From an uncultured Acidobacteriota bacterium (GTDB lineage: Bacteria > Acidobacteriota > Vicinamibacteria > Vicinamibacterales > UBA2999), in assembly GCA_902826515.1 (NCBI GenBank), contig CADEFD010000003.1:968-64967 (forward strand): 64,000 nucleotides of DNA. Direction: 5' to 3'. Positions 49,876 through 58,774 of the stretch are shown here, piece after piece; the first letter of the stretch is position 1; every line of letters begins with the position of its first letter. Under the pieces are notes generated by a model. The model was not told the DNA's origin, did no database searches, and worked only from the letters and a program-made list of their open reading frames with translations. The translations under genes were made by a program, and so were the position numbers.

Positions 49876-51116
49876 CGGCCGCCGGGACCGCGCGGCACGG
49901 CCGTGCGATCGCCGCCGCCGCCCGAGAAGCCGCCCGAGTAGCCGGAGCCGCTCACGCCGCTGCTGCCCGAGGACGTGCCCGACGACGTGTTGCCGGTGCT
50001 CGTGGTGCCGTTGCTGCCGCCGTCGCCGGGCATCGAGAAGGTGGTCTCGATCGGCCGCACCTGCGTGTAGCCGCGGCCGTTGACGACCCGGCCTTCCGGC
50101 TGCGGCTGCGGGGGCGTGACGCCGCCGCCGACGCCGGGCTGCGTCACCACCCAGTCGGGTCCGAACGCGCCCCAGTAGCCGTAGTAGTAGCCCGGGAACA
50201 TCGCATACATGCGCGGGTCGTAGCCGGAGCAGTTGCCCCAGTAGCTCGAGGCCGCCCAGCCGTAGGCCGCATAACAGTTGAAGAGCGCCGCCGGGCCGAC
50301 GATCGGCGTGAAGAACGGATCGGCCATCATGTTGATACCGGCGCCGCTGCCGGCCCAGCCGCCGCCGCCAACGGCGCGTTCCACCTGGAACTTCGCCGGG
50401 TAGGTGACGCCCACCATGAGGTCGATCACGCGGTCGCCCACGCCGGCATCCGCCATCGCCGCGAGGTTCTTCGCGTTCAGCCGGAACGGCGTGGGCGCTT
50501 CGGCGAGCGCCGCCTGCACGCCGTCGGCGGGGAGCGCCGTGCTCAGGTCGATCACGTCGTCCACCGTGAACTTCGCCGTCGCCTCGGCCGACGGAGCACG
50601 CGCGCCGGCGGGGCGGGCAAGCGTGCCGTCGGGCAGCGTCTGGTTCGCGGCGCGCACGAGACGGCTCACACGCACGCTGGTTTCGCCGTCGTGTTCGACC
50701 GTTTCCACGTCCACCCAGGCCGGACCGGCGACGAAGAACGAGGCGGTCGAAAGCGTGCGCGGCGCGCCGCCGTTGCAGGCGATCGTGGCCTTGCGGTACA
50801 GACGCAGGCCGCTCGCCGACCAGCGCGCGGTTTCGGTGCCGCGGCAGCCGTCGGCATCGACCGCGCGCGCGGTGCCGTCGGGGACGCGGGATTCGAGGCC
50901 GACGCGCTGACCGCCGACGATGGTGGTGACGGTGGCGCCGTCTGTCGCCGGCGTCACGCAGACACGCGCGCCGGTGCCGGCCGGGTCGTCCGCGGCGCGC
51001 CAGCAGCCGAGGAAGGCCGACCAGCGGGCGTCGGCGGGCGGAGCCGCGGGCTGGGCGAACGCGGACGTGGAGGTGGCGAGGGCAACGAGCGAGACGCCGA
51101 GGATTGTGCGGGTCAT
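49872..51116 (-). CDS. Secreted hypothetical protein with Gly/Tyr/Trp-rich and Ser/Gly-rich C-terminus
   Basis: Signal peptide MTRTILGVSLVALATSTSAFAQP. C-terminal YYGYWGAFGPDW and SSGTSSGSSGVSGSGYSGGFSGGGG low-complexity tail. GGGAG RBS. Confidence 0.6.
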   Translation of the reverse strand: MTRTILGVSLVALATSTSAFAQPAAPPADARWSAFLGCWRAADDPAGTGARVCVTPATDGATVTTIVGGQRVGLESRVPDGTARAVDADGCRGTETARWSASGLRLYRKATIACNGGAPRTLSTASFFVAGPAWVDVETVEHDGETSVRVSRLVRAANQTLPDGTLARPAGARAPSAEATAKFTVDDVIDLSTALPADGVQAALAEAPTPFRLNAKNLAAMADAGVGDRVIDLMVGVTYPAKFQVERAVGGGGWAGSGAGINMMADPFFTPIVGPAALFNCYAAYGWAASSYWGNCSGYDPRMYAMFPGYYYGYWGAFGPDWVVTQPGVGGGVTPPQPQPEGRVVNGRGYTQVRPIETTFSMPGDGGSNGTTSTGNTSSGTSSGSSGVSGSGYSGGFSGGGGDRTAVPRGPGGR

Positions 51117-51133
51117 GGTGATGGCTCCCGGAC

Positions 51134-51925
51134 CTAGAACACCAGCTTCAGACTGGCGCCCAGACGCGCGCCGGCCAGATCGAGCGGCTCGAAATCCACG
51201 AAGTCGGCGCTCAGTTTCGCCGAACTCCAGGTGTAGCGGGCTTCCCCGGTGAGATAGAGCCTGCGATAGACGCGCAGGTCGGCGCCGGCCAGCGCATGCA
51301 CGGCGGGCGCCCAGCCTTCGGAATTGAACGTGTCGTTGAAGACGCGCAGCGTCTGGAAGTCCACGAAGCTGCCGTACTGCTCGAAGCGGTATTTGATGGC
51401 GCCGGCACCGGCGCCCACGAACGGCGTGAACGTGCGCGGGATCCACGCGAAGCGGCTGATGCGGCGGCCCGAGGGCAGCAGCGACCAGCGAACGGTGGCG
51501 GCAATCTGGTGATCCTGGCGCCGTGTGGTCTGCGTGATCGGCAGGCCGGCGTTGTCGATGAAGTCGCGGTATTCGGAGGCCGTCTGCGACTTGGCGTTCT
51601 CGTAGAGCACGCCCACTTCGAGCCGCGGCGACAGTGACACCCCGACGCGCCCGCCGATGACCGGCGTGTTGAAGTTCTTCTTCTCGACCGTGAGCTGGTC
51701 GGTGATGAACTCGTAGAGGTCGCTGCCGGCGCTGGCAAAGAGGAAACCGCCGTCCACGGAGATGAACCCCTTCGGACGGCCGAGCATGAAGTCTGACGGC
51801 GGGGGAGGCGAGACCACCGGGGAGCGCGGCGACGACTGCGCCGAAGCGCCGGGCGCGGTCGCGGCCAGAGCCGCGAGTGCGATGACGACCGCGCGAAGGA
51901 CGAGGACTGACCGCTGATGGATCAT
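51134..51925 (-). CDS. Outer-membrane beta-barrel protein (OmpW/OprF-N-like small barrel)
   Basis: Signal peptide ending APGASAQ. Alternating hydrophobic beta-strand pattern. C-terminal LGASLKLVF ends in a terminal Phe. Confidence 0.55.
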   Translation of the reverse strand: MIHQRSVLVLRAVVIALAALAATAPGASAQSSPRSPVVSPPPPSDFMLGRPKGFISVDGGFLFASAGSDLYEFITDQLTVEKKNFNTPVIGGRVGVSLSPRLEVGVLYENAKSQTASEYRDFIDNAGLPITQTTRRQDHQIAATVRWSLLPSGRRISRFAWIPRTFTPFVGAGAGAIKYRFEQYGSFVDFQTLRVFNDTFNSEGWAPAVHALAGADLRVYRRLYLTGEARYTWSSAKLSADFVDFEPLDLAGARLGASLKLVF

Positions 51926-52193
51926 GTGCGCCTCCCGACAGGACACGGCTATCGCGTCTACCAAGCTAGCACGGCGATGTTGGAGGGACACCGGGAAATC
52001 ATAGTGTGCCACAGCTTGCCCCTGAGCTGGCGGGGGGACGCCTCGGGACGGCGCGGCGCCGCCCTCGAGCTGCCGCGGCAGCTCCCGTCGCCTCGCGCTC
52101 GGCGGGCGCCCGCCCAACGCGAGGCCGGTGGCCGGTTGGGGCAGAAACGGCGGGCTGGCCATCAATCTCGGCGCCGGAAGCCGCCGCGACAGC

Positions 52194-53441
52194 TCAAGGG
52201 CGGCTGTGGTCGGCTGATGCCGCTTCGTGTGGGGCTACAGCGGCCTGGTCTGTCGAAAGGGACACAGTGTCGTCGATCCATTTGCTGAGTCTGGAGCGAA
52301 CTTCCGGCAGTTCGTGCACGAAATGGTACATGTCAAGGCGCGCACCGCGATACCGGTCGATTCGGACATTTAGTAGCGGGCCCTCCCAACCAGATGGAGT
52401 TGAATCGACGTGGACGTCGTTCATGAAGAACACAAGTGGCGAGGCGGAGCCGAAGGCCAATGTTTGCAGAATCGCGCTCGGGAACAATGTGAGGCTCGCT
52501 CCAAAGAGGGACATCGCTATGCCCGCGGTCACGACGGTCGGTAGCCACAGCGCCGGGTGGAGAGCCGGGAAGTCCGGAGCGCCGAAGCGGGGCGCAAGAG
52601 GCGCTAACAGTCCCAGGCAGTAGGTTGCCAATAGGAGCCTTGGCGGCAGCCGTTCCATGGGCAGGAATAGAGTCCGGTGGGCTAGGCCCAGGGCCGTCGC
52701 GCTGGCACGTGCGGCCAGCTGAGCCACTGACAGGACTAGGGTCGCCTCATCCCCGGTCGCTCTGACCACGAACAACCGCGAACCGACAGGGGCAAAGTGG
52801 GAGGGGAGCCGCCATCGGCGTAAGCGTCTGTCGATCGACCGAATGCGTGTATGCAAGGTCAGAATCCACAAGCCTGCAGCGAGGGAACCCACGCCGATTC
52901 CCCAACTGAGCACTTGAAGCAGCGGGAAGCCCGGGTTGAACCAGGCGACGAGTGCGGCCCCGGCTGTTGTCGTGGGCCAGAAGATCACCGGGTACAACCG
53001 GACGGCTCGTTGAAGGGCGCTACCGGAGGCTCCGCGGAATAGCAGAAACGGTGTAGCTAGCGCTGCGATCCCGGCGACCGCGGTGCGATCGTCGGGCGGC
53101 ATTGTTGCGAGAGCACGGAGAACGACGTTTCCGCCATGACTATGGGCAATGACTAGATGCACGCCGTGCGGATTCCGTTGTCGCTCACGAGCAAAGTGAC
53201 CTCTGAACTCAACGGCTGCGTGTTCTCGCGCCTGGATGCTATTCGAGCCGCTCCACGGAAACTGCACAAACCGAATTTGAGCTCCGGACGACGCAAGGAT
53301 CGCTTCTCTGAACTTGCTGCCCTTCTCGAACCACTGTGGTGCCGTACCACGCCGGCGCCGAACGCGACCCAGTATGCCGCCTGGCCACGTGCCGTGCACC
53401 AGGTGAATCGTTGTGAGTAGCCCGCTGTTCGGCATTGTCAC
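52194..53441 (-). CDS. Alpha/beta-hydrolase-like domain fused to a polytopic membrane domain
   Basis: TIHLVHGTW...FPWSGSNS...HLVIAHSHGGNVVLRAL (GxSxG-type nucleophile elbow AHSHG). At least 4 predicted TM helices in the C-terminal half. Confidence 0.55.
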   Translation of the reverse strand: MTMPNSGLLTTIHLVHGTWPGGILGRVRRRRGTAPQWFEKGSKFREAILASSGAQIRFVQFPWSGSNSIQAREHAAVEFRGHFARERQRNPHGVHLVIAHSHGGNVVLRALATMPPDDRTAVAGIAALATPFLLFRGASGSALQRAVRLYPVIFWPTTTAGAALVAWFNPGFPLLQVLSWGIGVGSLAAGLWILTLHTRIRSIDRRLRRWRLPSHFAPVGSRLFVVRATGDEATLVLSVAQLAARASATALGLAHRTLFLPMERLPPRLLLATYCLGLLAPLAPRFGAPDFPALHPALWLPTVVTAGIAMSLFGASLTLFPSAILQTLAFGSASPLVFFMNDVHVDSTPSGWEGPLLNVRIDRYRGARLDMYHFVHELPEVRSRLSKWIDDTVSLSTDQAAVAPHEAASADHSRP

Positions 53442-53442
53442 C

Positions 53443-54132
53443 CTACTGTGTCGGCTTTGAAATCCGGAGGACCTGCTGCAATTCGCCCACCCACTCGGCG
53501 AAGCGAAGCAGCATCGAATCTGGAACGTCGCTCGCGGATTGAAGAGCCGCGCGTGGGGAGCAACTCCCGGCGGCGTAGGAAAGTACGTGCAGGTACTCGC
53601 GGGCTGCGTTTAAGTACATGAGACTCGGCAGCATCACGTCCGATTCGAACGGCTCTAAGTACGATCGATGGGTCTTGTCGACGAGCGCAAGCATTCGCAT
53701 TTCGTACCCAGCCAGTGAGCGCCTGTTTGACTCGATCTCGACCCTCTCAGTCTCGAGCTGTCGGCCGAGGGCTTCAATTTCGGCTCGTCGGGCTTCGAGC
53801 GAGGGTCGTTCACGTTCCAGAGTCCGACGGTAGCCCTCTGCGGAACGGAGCAAGGCCGCTACGGACGTGTCGGGGCTCTTGCATGATGAAACCGCCCGAA
53901 GTGCGTTTGGAAGGTCTCGTAATTCAATCTGCTGGCGCTCCGCGACTATGGGCGCCCAGTTCCGCTGAACACGGTCTCGGCCGCGCTGCAGTGCCGCCCA
54001 CTCGTCCGAGAGGGAGCGCTGCTGAGAGGTCGCCGATACCTGGCAGAGCAGCAGAAGGGGCGCGACCGACCAGCGGAACCGGCGAAGACGGTTGGCAGTG
54101 GCGATGCTGCGCCCAGAAGGGGGAGTGCGCAT
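53443..54132 (-). CDS. Hypothetical signal/TM-anchored coiled-coil protein
   Basis: N-terminal hydrophobic WSVAPLLLLCQVSA. Central heptad-like RRTLERERPSLEARRAEIEALGRQLETERVEIESNRR. The stop is 1 nt before the next gene's start. Confidence 0.45.
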   Translation of the reverse strand: MRTPPSGRSIATANRLRRFRWSVAPLLLLCQVSATSQQRSLSDEWAALQRGRDRVQRNWAPIVAERQQIELRDLPNALRAVSSCKSPDTSVAALLRSAEGYRRTLERERPSLEARRAEIEALGRQLETERVEIESNRRSLAGYEMRMLALVDKTHRSYLEPFESDVMLPSLMYLNAAREYLHVLSYAAGSCSPRAALQSASDVPDSMLLRFAEWVGELQQVLRISKPTQ

Positions 54133-54619
54133 CGAGTAACCTCGCTGCCGCTGCCGGAAGGGGGCGGAGCGGCGTGGCGAAGACCTTAGCTCTAGTGAGT
54201 CCCGCCGTCAAACTCGACACATAAGCGATCGGCGCGATGGGCTCCCTTGAGGATGCGCGTTGCCGAGCCGTTGCTCGCGGCAGCTTGAGCCCTCGGCCCT
54301 ACGAGCCCCGCTCAAGGCGTGCCAACGTCACCTGTCCCAATCCGCGTCGTACGGCCGTCGATTGAAGCGGTCCCAGTCGAGAGGTGGTCCAGGTCTCGCG
54401 CGGGGCCGGACCAGAGCACCTCGAGCGCTACGTGGGCCGGCGGAACGGTTTCGCAACCGGGCCACCACCGCCGGGACGATGCAGTCGGTACAACCTCGCC
54501 TGATCGCCGTGTTCGTGCGCCAGGGCTGCCTGTGCACGTCCCGGGCGGCCCCGGACGGGAATCCCTATTCGATGCTGCTGTCCAGGCGCTCACGTGGCGC
54601 AACTGACGTGCAGCGCTGG

Positions 54620-55030
54620 CCTGCCGGGAGTTGGTATCTCTGCAATAAAGGCCACCGACAGCGGCAGCAGCGCCAGCGCATGAAGGCGGGGAAGGACTGG
54701 CGGGAGGGCGGCTTCGTGTTCACGGTGACGCGCCGCGCCGTCGGCCGCCAGCTGGCTACGCCGCTCCACCCGCGAAACGTCCTGAGGACGCTCCACGAGC
54801 TACTGAGGGCCGCGGACCTGCCGCGAGTCCGGTTCCACGACCTGCGCCACAGCGCGGCATCGCACCGCTGCTGGCGTCGGGCGTGCAGCTCGCCGAGGTC
54901 TCAAAGTTGCTGGGACACGCTGAGCTGCGTCTCACGTCAGACGTTTACGGCCACCTGCAACGCGAGACCGCAGCCCGGGCGGCCGAGCGGATGGACGTGA
55001 TGCTCGGATCAAGGGCTACGCAGGCGATCG
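54620..55030 (+). pseudogene. Tyrosine recombinase (phage integrase family) remnant, 5'-truncated and frameshifted
   Basis: One frame reads HRQRQQRQRMKAGKDWREGGFVFT...LPRVRFHDLRHSAAS. It continues in another frame as LLASGVQLAEVSKLLGHAELRLTSDVYGHL (HxxR ... LGH ... Y catalytic box split near 54868). Confidence 0.7.
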
Positions 55031-55039
55031 GGCGGCCAG

Positions 55040-55873
55040 TTGCTGCTACGCTTGCGCAGACCCCTACTGGCGGAGGCTCGAATGTCGTTTGCTTTTGGCG
55101 TACCTGTGCGGGACCGTTGGCGCGCCCGGTCGATGACGCTGGTGCAGTGGCTTACGCGGCCGGGCATGCGGCTTGGTGATCCCGTGTGTGAGTTGGATGT
55201 AGATGGAGTCCGGCAAACGCTCTCGATGCCGTCACGGCTCATGCTCCCGGGCGATCTCGCGGATCCGCTCTGGCATTACGTTGCAGAAGGCGGCGAGGTC
55301 GGTCCTTGGGGGACGCTCCTAGAGGCCACGTCGTCGTATTCCTCGCCCGGTCCGCGTAGATTCCACGCTTCGACTCGGAGGCCTCTCCAACGCCGCGCCA
55401 GGTATCCCAGGATCTTCATCAACTACCGCCGGTCCGACAGTGAGGTGTGGGCCGGACGAATACACCAGGCCTTGGCCGCGGCATTCGGTGACGACGAAGT
55501 GTTCTTAGCTGAGTTCAGCATCGTGCCAGGCGAGGACTTCGCATAGACAATTCAGCAGGCGGTCGCCCACGCTCACGTGGTTGTAGGGGTGGTGGGACCT
55601 GCTTGGACGCAGGTCAGGGACGAGAAGGAGCAAAGGCGCATTGACAAGTGGAATGACTTCGTCGCGTTGGAGTTGACGGCTGCGTGGGATCTGGGCAAGC
55701 AGATCATCCCGATCCTAGTTCCAAACACTCCGCAGGACGTATTCTCGAGCGACTTGCGTGAACCGCTGGGCCAACTAGCCGAGCTTCAGTGGCTTGAGGT
55801 GTCGGGACGTTACTGGAGTCAGTCAATCGAAGCCCTCCTCGCCGCTGTTCGATCGGGGCTTGAGCGCGGCTGA
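55040..55873 (+). pseudogene. TIR-domain protein interrupted by a single in-frame TAG (55544-55546)
   Basis: YPRIFINYRRSDSEVWAGRIHQALAAAFGDDEVFLAEFSIVPGEDFA*TIQQAVAHAHVVVGVVGPAW...GKQIIPILV fits the bacterial TIR_2 pattern. ORFs 55040-55546 and 55577-55873 share one frame. The true start is uncertain. Confidence 0.6.
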
Positions 55874-55891
55874 ACGAACCGGCACCGGACT

Positions 55892-56665
55892 TCAAGGCTC
55901 AGGCTTCGGGTTGAGGATCGTCAAGCCCGGTGTGGGCGAGCGCGGCCAACTGTGGCCTGTGCTTTCCATGGATCCGGGTCCCATCTCCAGCAATTCACGC
56001 GTCGTGATTTGCTGCTCCAACTCGACGACCTGAACGACCTCGTTGTCTGCCTGCTTAAGCGTGGCGTCGCCAAGCGGCACGAAGTGCGTGTACATTGTCG
56101 AGCGGTCGTCGAGCGCCTTCACGATGACCCACATGAGCACCCGGCGTTCCGTCGTAGATGCCGGCTCGCCGAGGGCAACTCGCCAAGCCTTCTTCATGTC
56201 GAAGTCGATCGTTAGTTCAATTGGTGCTGCGCGGCCACCCGCCACCACGATCGGGCCGGTGGCAGGGCCGCGCCCTGGCTCCGCTGGCAGGAACTGCTTC
56301 GGGTATTGCCCGCTGTCCGGGGATACGAAGATGAGCTCAGGCGCCAGAACAATGACGTCTCGATTTCCAAGGTTTTGTGCGACCATCCGCACCGTGAGTC
56401 CCGCTTCGGTGGGCCGCAGTTCGGCCATCGTGATCGTGGCCCTACGCGAAATAGACAGGTACTCGCTGTAGTAGGTGACGCTAGAGACGATCAGGGCCGA
56501 CCACGCCACTGCGGTCGTCCACGGCAGTTCTCTGAGTCTTAGCAACCACTTGCGTAGACCTGTCGCCTCGCGGCCTATCGCTACTGCCGCCGACGTGGCG
56601 TCCTCAGGCTGCACCGCTTCGGATTCGGGTGGACTCGGACGGCGGTCTCGCTGTCGTCTTCTCAT
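55892..56665 (-). CDS. Hypothetical single-pass membrane protein
   Basis: 257-aa ORF with TM segment WTTAVAWSALIVSSVTYY followed by a beta-rich region. No recognised motif. Confidence 0.4.
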   Translation of the reverse strand: MRRRQRDRRPSPPESEAVQPEDATSAAVAIGREATGLRKWLLRLRELPWTTAVAWSALIVSSVTYYSEYLSISRRATITMAELRPTEAGLTVRMVAQNLGNRDVIVLAPELIFVSPDSGQYPKQFLPAEPGRGPATGPIVVAGGRAAPIELTIDFDMKKAWRVALGEPASTTERRVLMWVIVKALDDRSTMYTHFVPLGDATLKQADNEVVQVVELEQQITTRELLEMGPGSMESTGHSWPRSPTPGLTILNPKPEP

Positions 56666-56744
56666 CCCCTGAGGGTGTCAGATTGGGTGTAGAAAAACCG
56701 CTGGAGGGTGCGGAGCGCCGCCAAAACTCAAAAAGCCTGAAATC

Positions 56745-56820
56745 TGGAGCCGGCGATAGGACTTGAACCTACGACCTGCTGATTACGAATCAGCTGCTCT
56801 ACCAACTGAGCTACGCCGGC
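56745..56820 (-). tRNA. tRNA-Thr (anticodon CGU), CCA encoded
   Basis: Minus strand reads GCCGGCGTAGCTCAGTTGGTAGAGCAGCTGATTCGTAATCAGCAGGTCGTAGGTTCAAGTCCTATCGCCGGCTCCA. It folds by hand into a cloverleaf with a 7-bp acceptor stem, anticodon loop TTCGTAA and T-loop TTCAAGT. Confidence 0.93.
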
Positions 56821-56920
56821 TCGGCGTGGGGCCTTAGCGGATCGGGAACCCGATGGCCAAGACTCCGGATTCTATCACCGCCGGGCACGGGCGGGGAAGC
56901 TGGAAACGCGTCGGGCGAGC

Positions 56921-58747
56921 TCAGGAGGCCTGGACGGCCGTGTCTGACCCGCGGCGGCGCCGTGCGGAGCCCGGGGCGTTGCCGGCCCACCAGTCGGTGC
57001 CGGCCGTGGCGTCCAGTTCGAGCAGGCGCAGCAGGTCGTCGGCCGGGACGGCGCGGGAGAACAGGAAGCCCTGGCCCAGCGGGCAGCGGAGCTTCTTGAG
57101 CGCCTGCAGTTCGGACGGCGTCTCGATGCCCTCGGCCACGACCTCGATGCCGAGGATGGCCGCCAGTTCGATGGCGTACTGCACGATGGCGGCGCTGCCG
57201 CCGTGCTGCGGGTTGCCGCCGAGGTAGCTGCGGTCGATCTTCAGCGTGTGCACGCCGAGCGCGCGGATGTGTTCGGTGGCGGCGAGCCCCAGGCCGAAGT
57301 CGTCGAGCGCCACCTTGAACTCGGCGTCGCGCAGGGCCTGCGACACCTGCACGGCGCGGTCGAAGTTGGCCATTGCGTCCAGTTCGGCGATCTCGAGTTC
57401 CAGATCCCCCGGCTCCACCCCCGCGTCGCGCACGGCGGCCGTGAGGCGGCCCACGAGGTCTGGCGCGAGCAGCTGCGAGCTCGACAGGTTCACCGAGATG
57501 CGCATCGCCTGTGCCGGCGGATGCCCGCTACGCCACTGCGCCAGCGACCGGCACGCGTTGGTGATCGTCTGCCAGCCGAAGGGCACGAGGCGGCCGGCCT
57601 GCTCGAGCAGCGGCACGAAGATGTTCGGGCGCAGCAGGCCGCGTATCGGGTGACGCCAGCGCAGCAGCGCCTCGGCCCGCACGATCGATCCGTCGCCGAG
57701 GTGTACGGTGGGCTGGAACCACATCTCGAACTGGCCGTCGCGCATGGCCGCTTCGAGGTCGGAGGCGAACTCCATGAACTCCGACGGCGCGGCGCGGGCC
57801 GAGTCGTCGAAGAGCTGCGTTTCGGCCGGGCCGCGGGCCTTGGCGCGCACGAGCGCGGAGTAGGCGTCGCGCAGCAGGTCGTCCACCGAATCGTGACCGG
57901 CGCTGTTCATCGCGATGCCGACGCAGGCCGACGCGAACAGGCGATGTCCGGCGATCGGGAATGCGGCGGCGAGCGCGTCGTGCAGGCGCGCGGCCACGCG
58001 CAGCGCGTCGCGGGCGTCGATGAGATTCGAGATGACGAGCGCGCACTCGTCGCCGCCGAGCGGCGGCAGCGCCACGTCGCCGGCCATGGCCTGCGTGTCG
58101 TGCACGCCGATGCGGGCCACGAGATCCCCTTCGCGCAGACAGCGCGCCAGCCGGCGCAGCGCCTCGCGCAGCAGCACGTCGCCGCCGTCGTGGCCGAGCA
58201 GCTCGTTGAGCGCGCCGAAGCGATCGAGGTCCACGAGCAGCAGCGCGAAGCGCGAGGCCGGTGTGTCGCGCGCCGCTGCCACCAGGCGGTCGACGTGAGC
58301 ACGCAGGGCGAAGAGGCCCGGCAGGCCGGCGAGCGTATCGGTGCGGTTGCGCTCCTGCACGTCGGCGAGGGTGCCGGCCAGACGCACGGCGCGGCCGCTG
58401 GCGTCGCGGTCGGCCACCCCTTCGGCCACCACCCATCGGAAGGCGCCGCCGTGCGCGCGCAGGCGATGTTCGCAGCGGAAGGCCGGCGCCGCCCCGCTCA
58501 GGTGGCGGTCGAGCGCGTGCATGACCGACGCGACATCGTCGGGGTGCACGCGGCCGAGCCAGGCGTGGAGGGATTCGGTGGTGTTGCCCTTGGCGTCGCC
58601 GAGCAGGGCATGCCACGCCGCGGAGTAGGCGACGCGGTCGGACGTGACCGTCCATTCCCACGTCGCGCTCGTCGGCGCGTCAGGCATCCCGGAAGGGAAA
58701 GGTGTGCCAGCCACAGGGTGGAGCGATGGTAGCCCCGCGGCGCTCAC
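56921..58747 (-). CDS. PAS / degenerate GGDEF / EAL protein
   Basis: PAS (HPDDVASVMHALDRHLSG..FRCEHRLRAHGGAFRWV). The GGDEF region is split: REGD-LVARI-G[VHDTQAMAGDVALPPLG]GDEC. EAL motifs EALLRW, NLS, EIAE, DDFGLG, KID, EGIE, QG are present. Confidence 0.88.
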   Translation of the reverse strand: MSAAGLPSLHPVAGTPFPSGMPDAPTSATWEWTVTSDRVAYSAAWHALLGDAKGNTTESLHAWLGRVHPDDVASVMHALDRHLSGAAPAFRCEHRLRAHGGAFRWVVAEGVADRDASGRAVRLAGTLADVQERNRTDTLAGLPGLFALRAHVDRLVAAARDTPASRFALLLVDLDRFGALNELLGHDGGDVLLREALRRLARCLREGDLVARIGVHDTQAMAGDVALPPLGGDECALVISNLIDARDALRVAARLHDALAAAFPIAGHRLFASACVGIAMNSAGHDSVDDLLRDAYSALVRAKARGPAETQLFDDSARAAPSEFMEFASDLEAAMRDGQFEMWFQPTVHLGDGSIVRAEALLRWRHPIRGLLRPNIFVPLLEQAGRLVPFGWQTITNACRSLAQWRSGHPPAQAMRISVNLSSSQLLAPDLVGRLTAAVRDAGVEPGDLELEIAELDAMANFDRAVQVSQALRDAEFKVALDDFGLGLAATEHIRALGVHTLKIDRSYLGGNPQHGGSAAIVQYAIELAAILGIEVVAEGIETPSELQALKKLRCPLGQGFLFSRAVPADDLLRLLELDATAGTDWWAGNAPGSARRRRGSDTAVQAS

Positions 58748-58774
58748 AGGCCAAGAGGGAAGCTGCGCGGATTC

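Larger units (their letters stand above)
52194..56744. mobile_element. Degenerate genomic island adjoining the 3' end of tRNA-Thr
   Basis: Visibly lower G+C and different codon texture than the flanks. Contains a frameshifted or truncated tyrosine recombinase and an interrupted TIR gene. Abuts the tRNA 3' end. No att direct repeat was identified by eye. Confidence 0.45.

Noticed and set aside
51926-52193. Search for an att direct repeat of the tRNA-Thr 3' end at the far border of the low-G+C island
   Set aside because: I could not find a convincing match of 12 nt or more to TGGAGCCGGCGATAGGACTTGAACC by eye in this spacer or around 55.0 kb. The island boundaries therefore remain compositional only.
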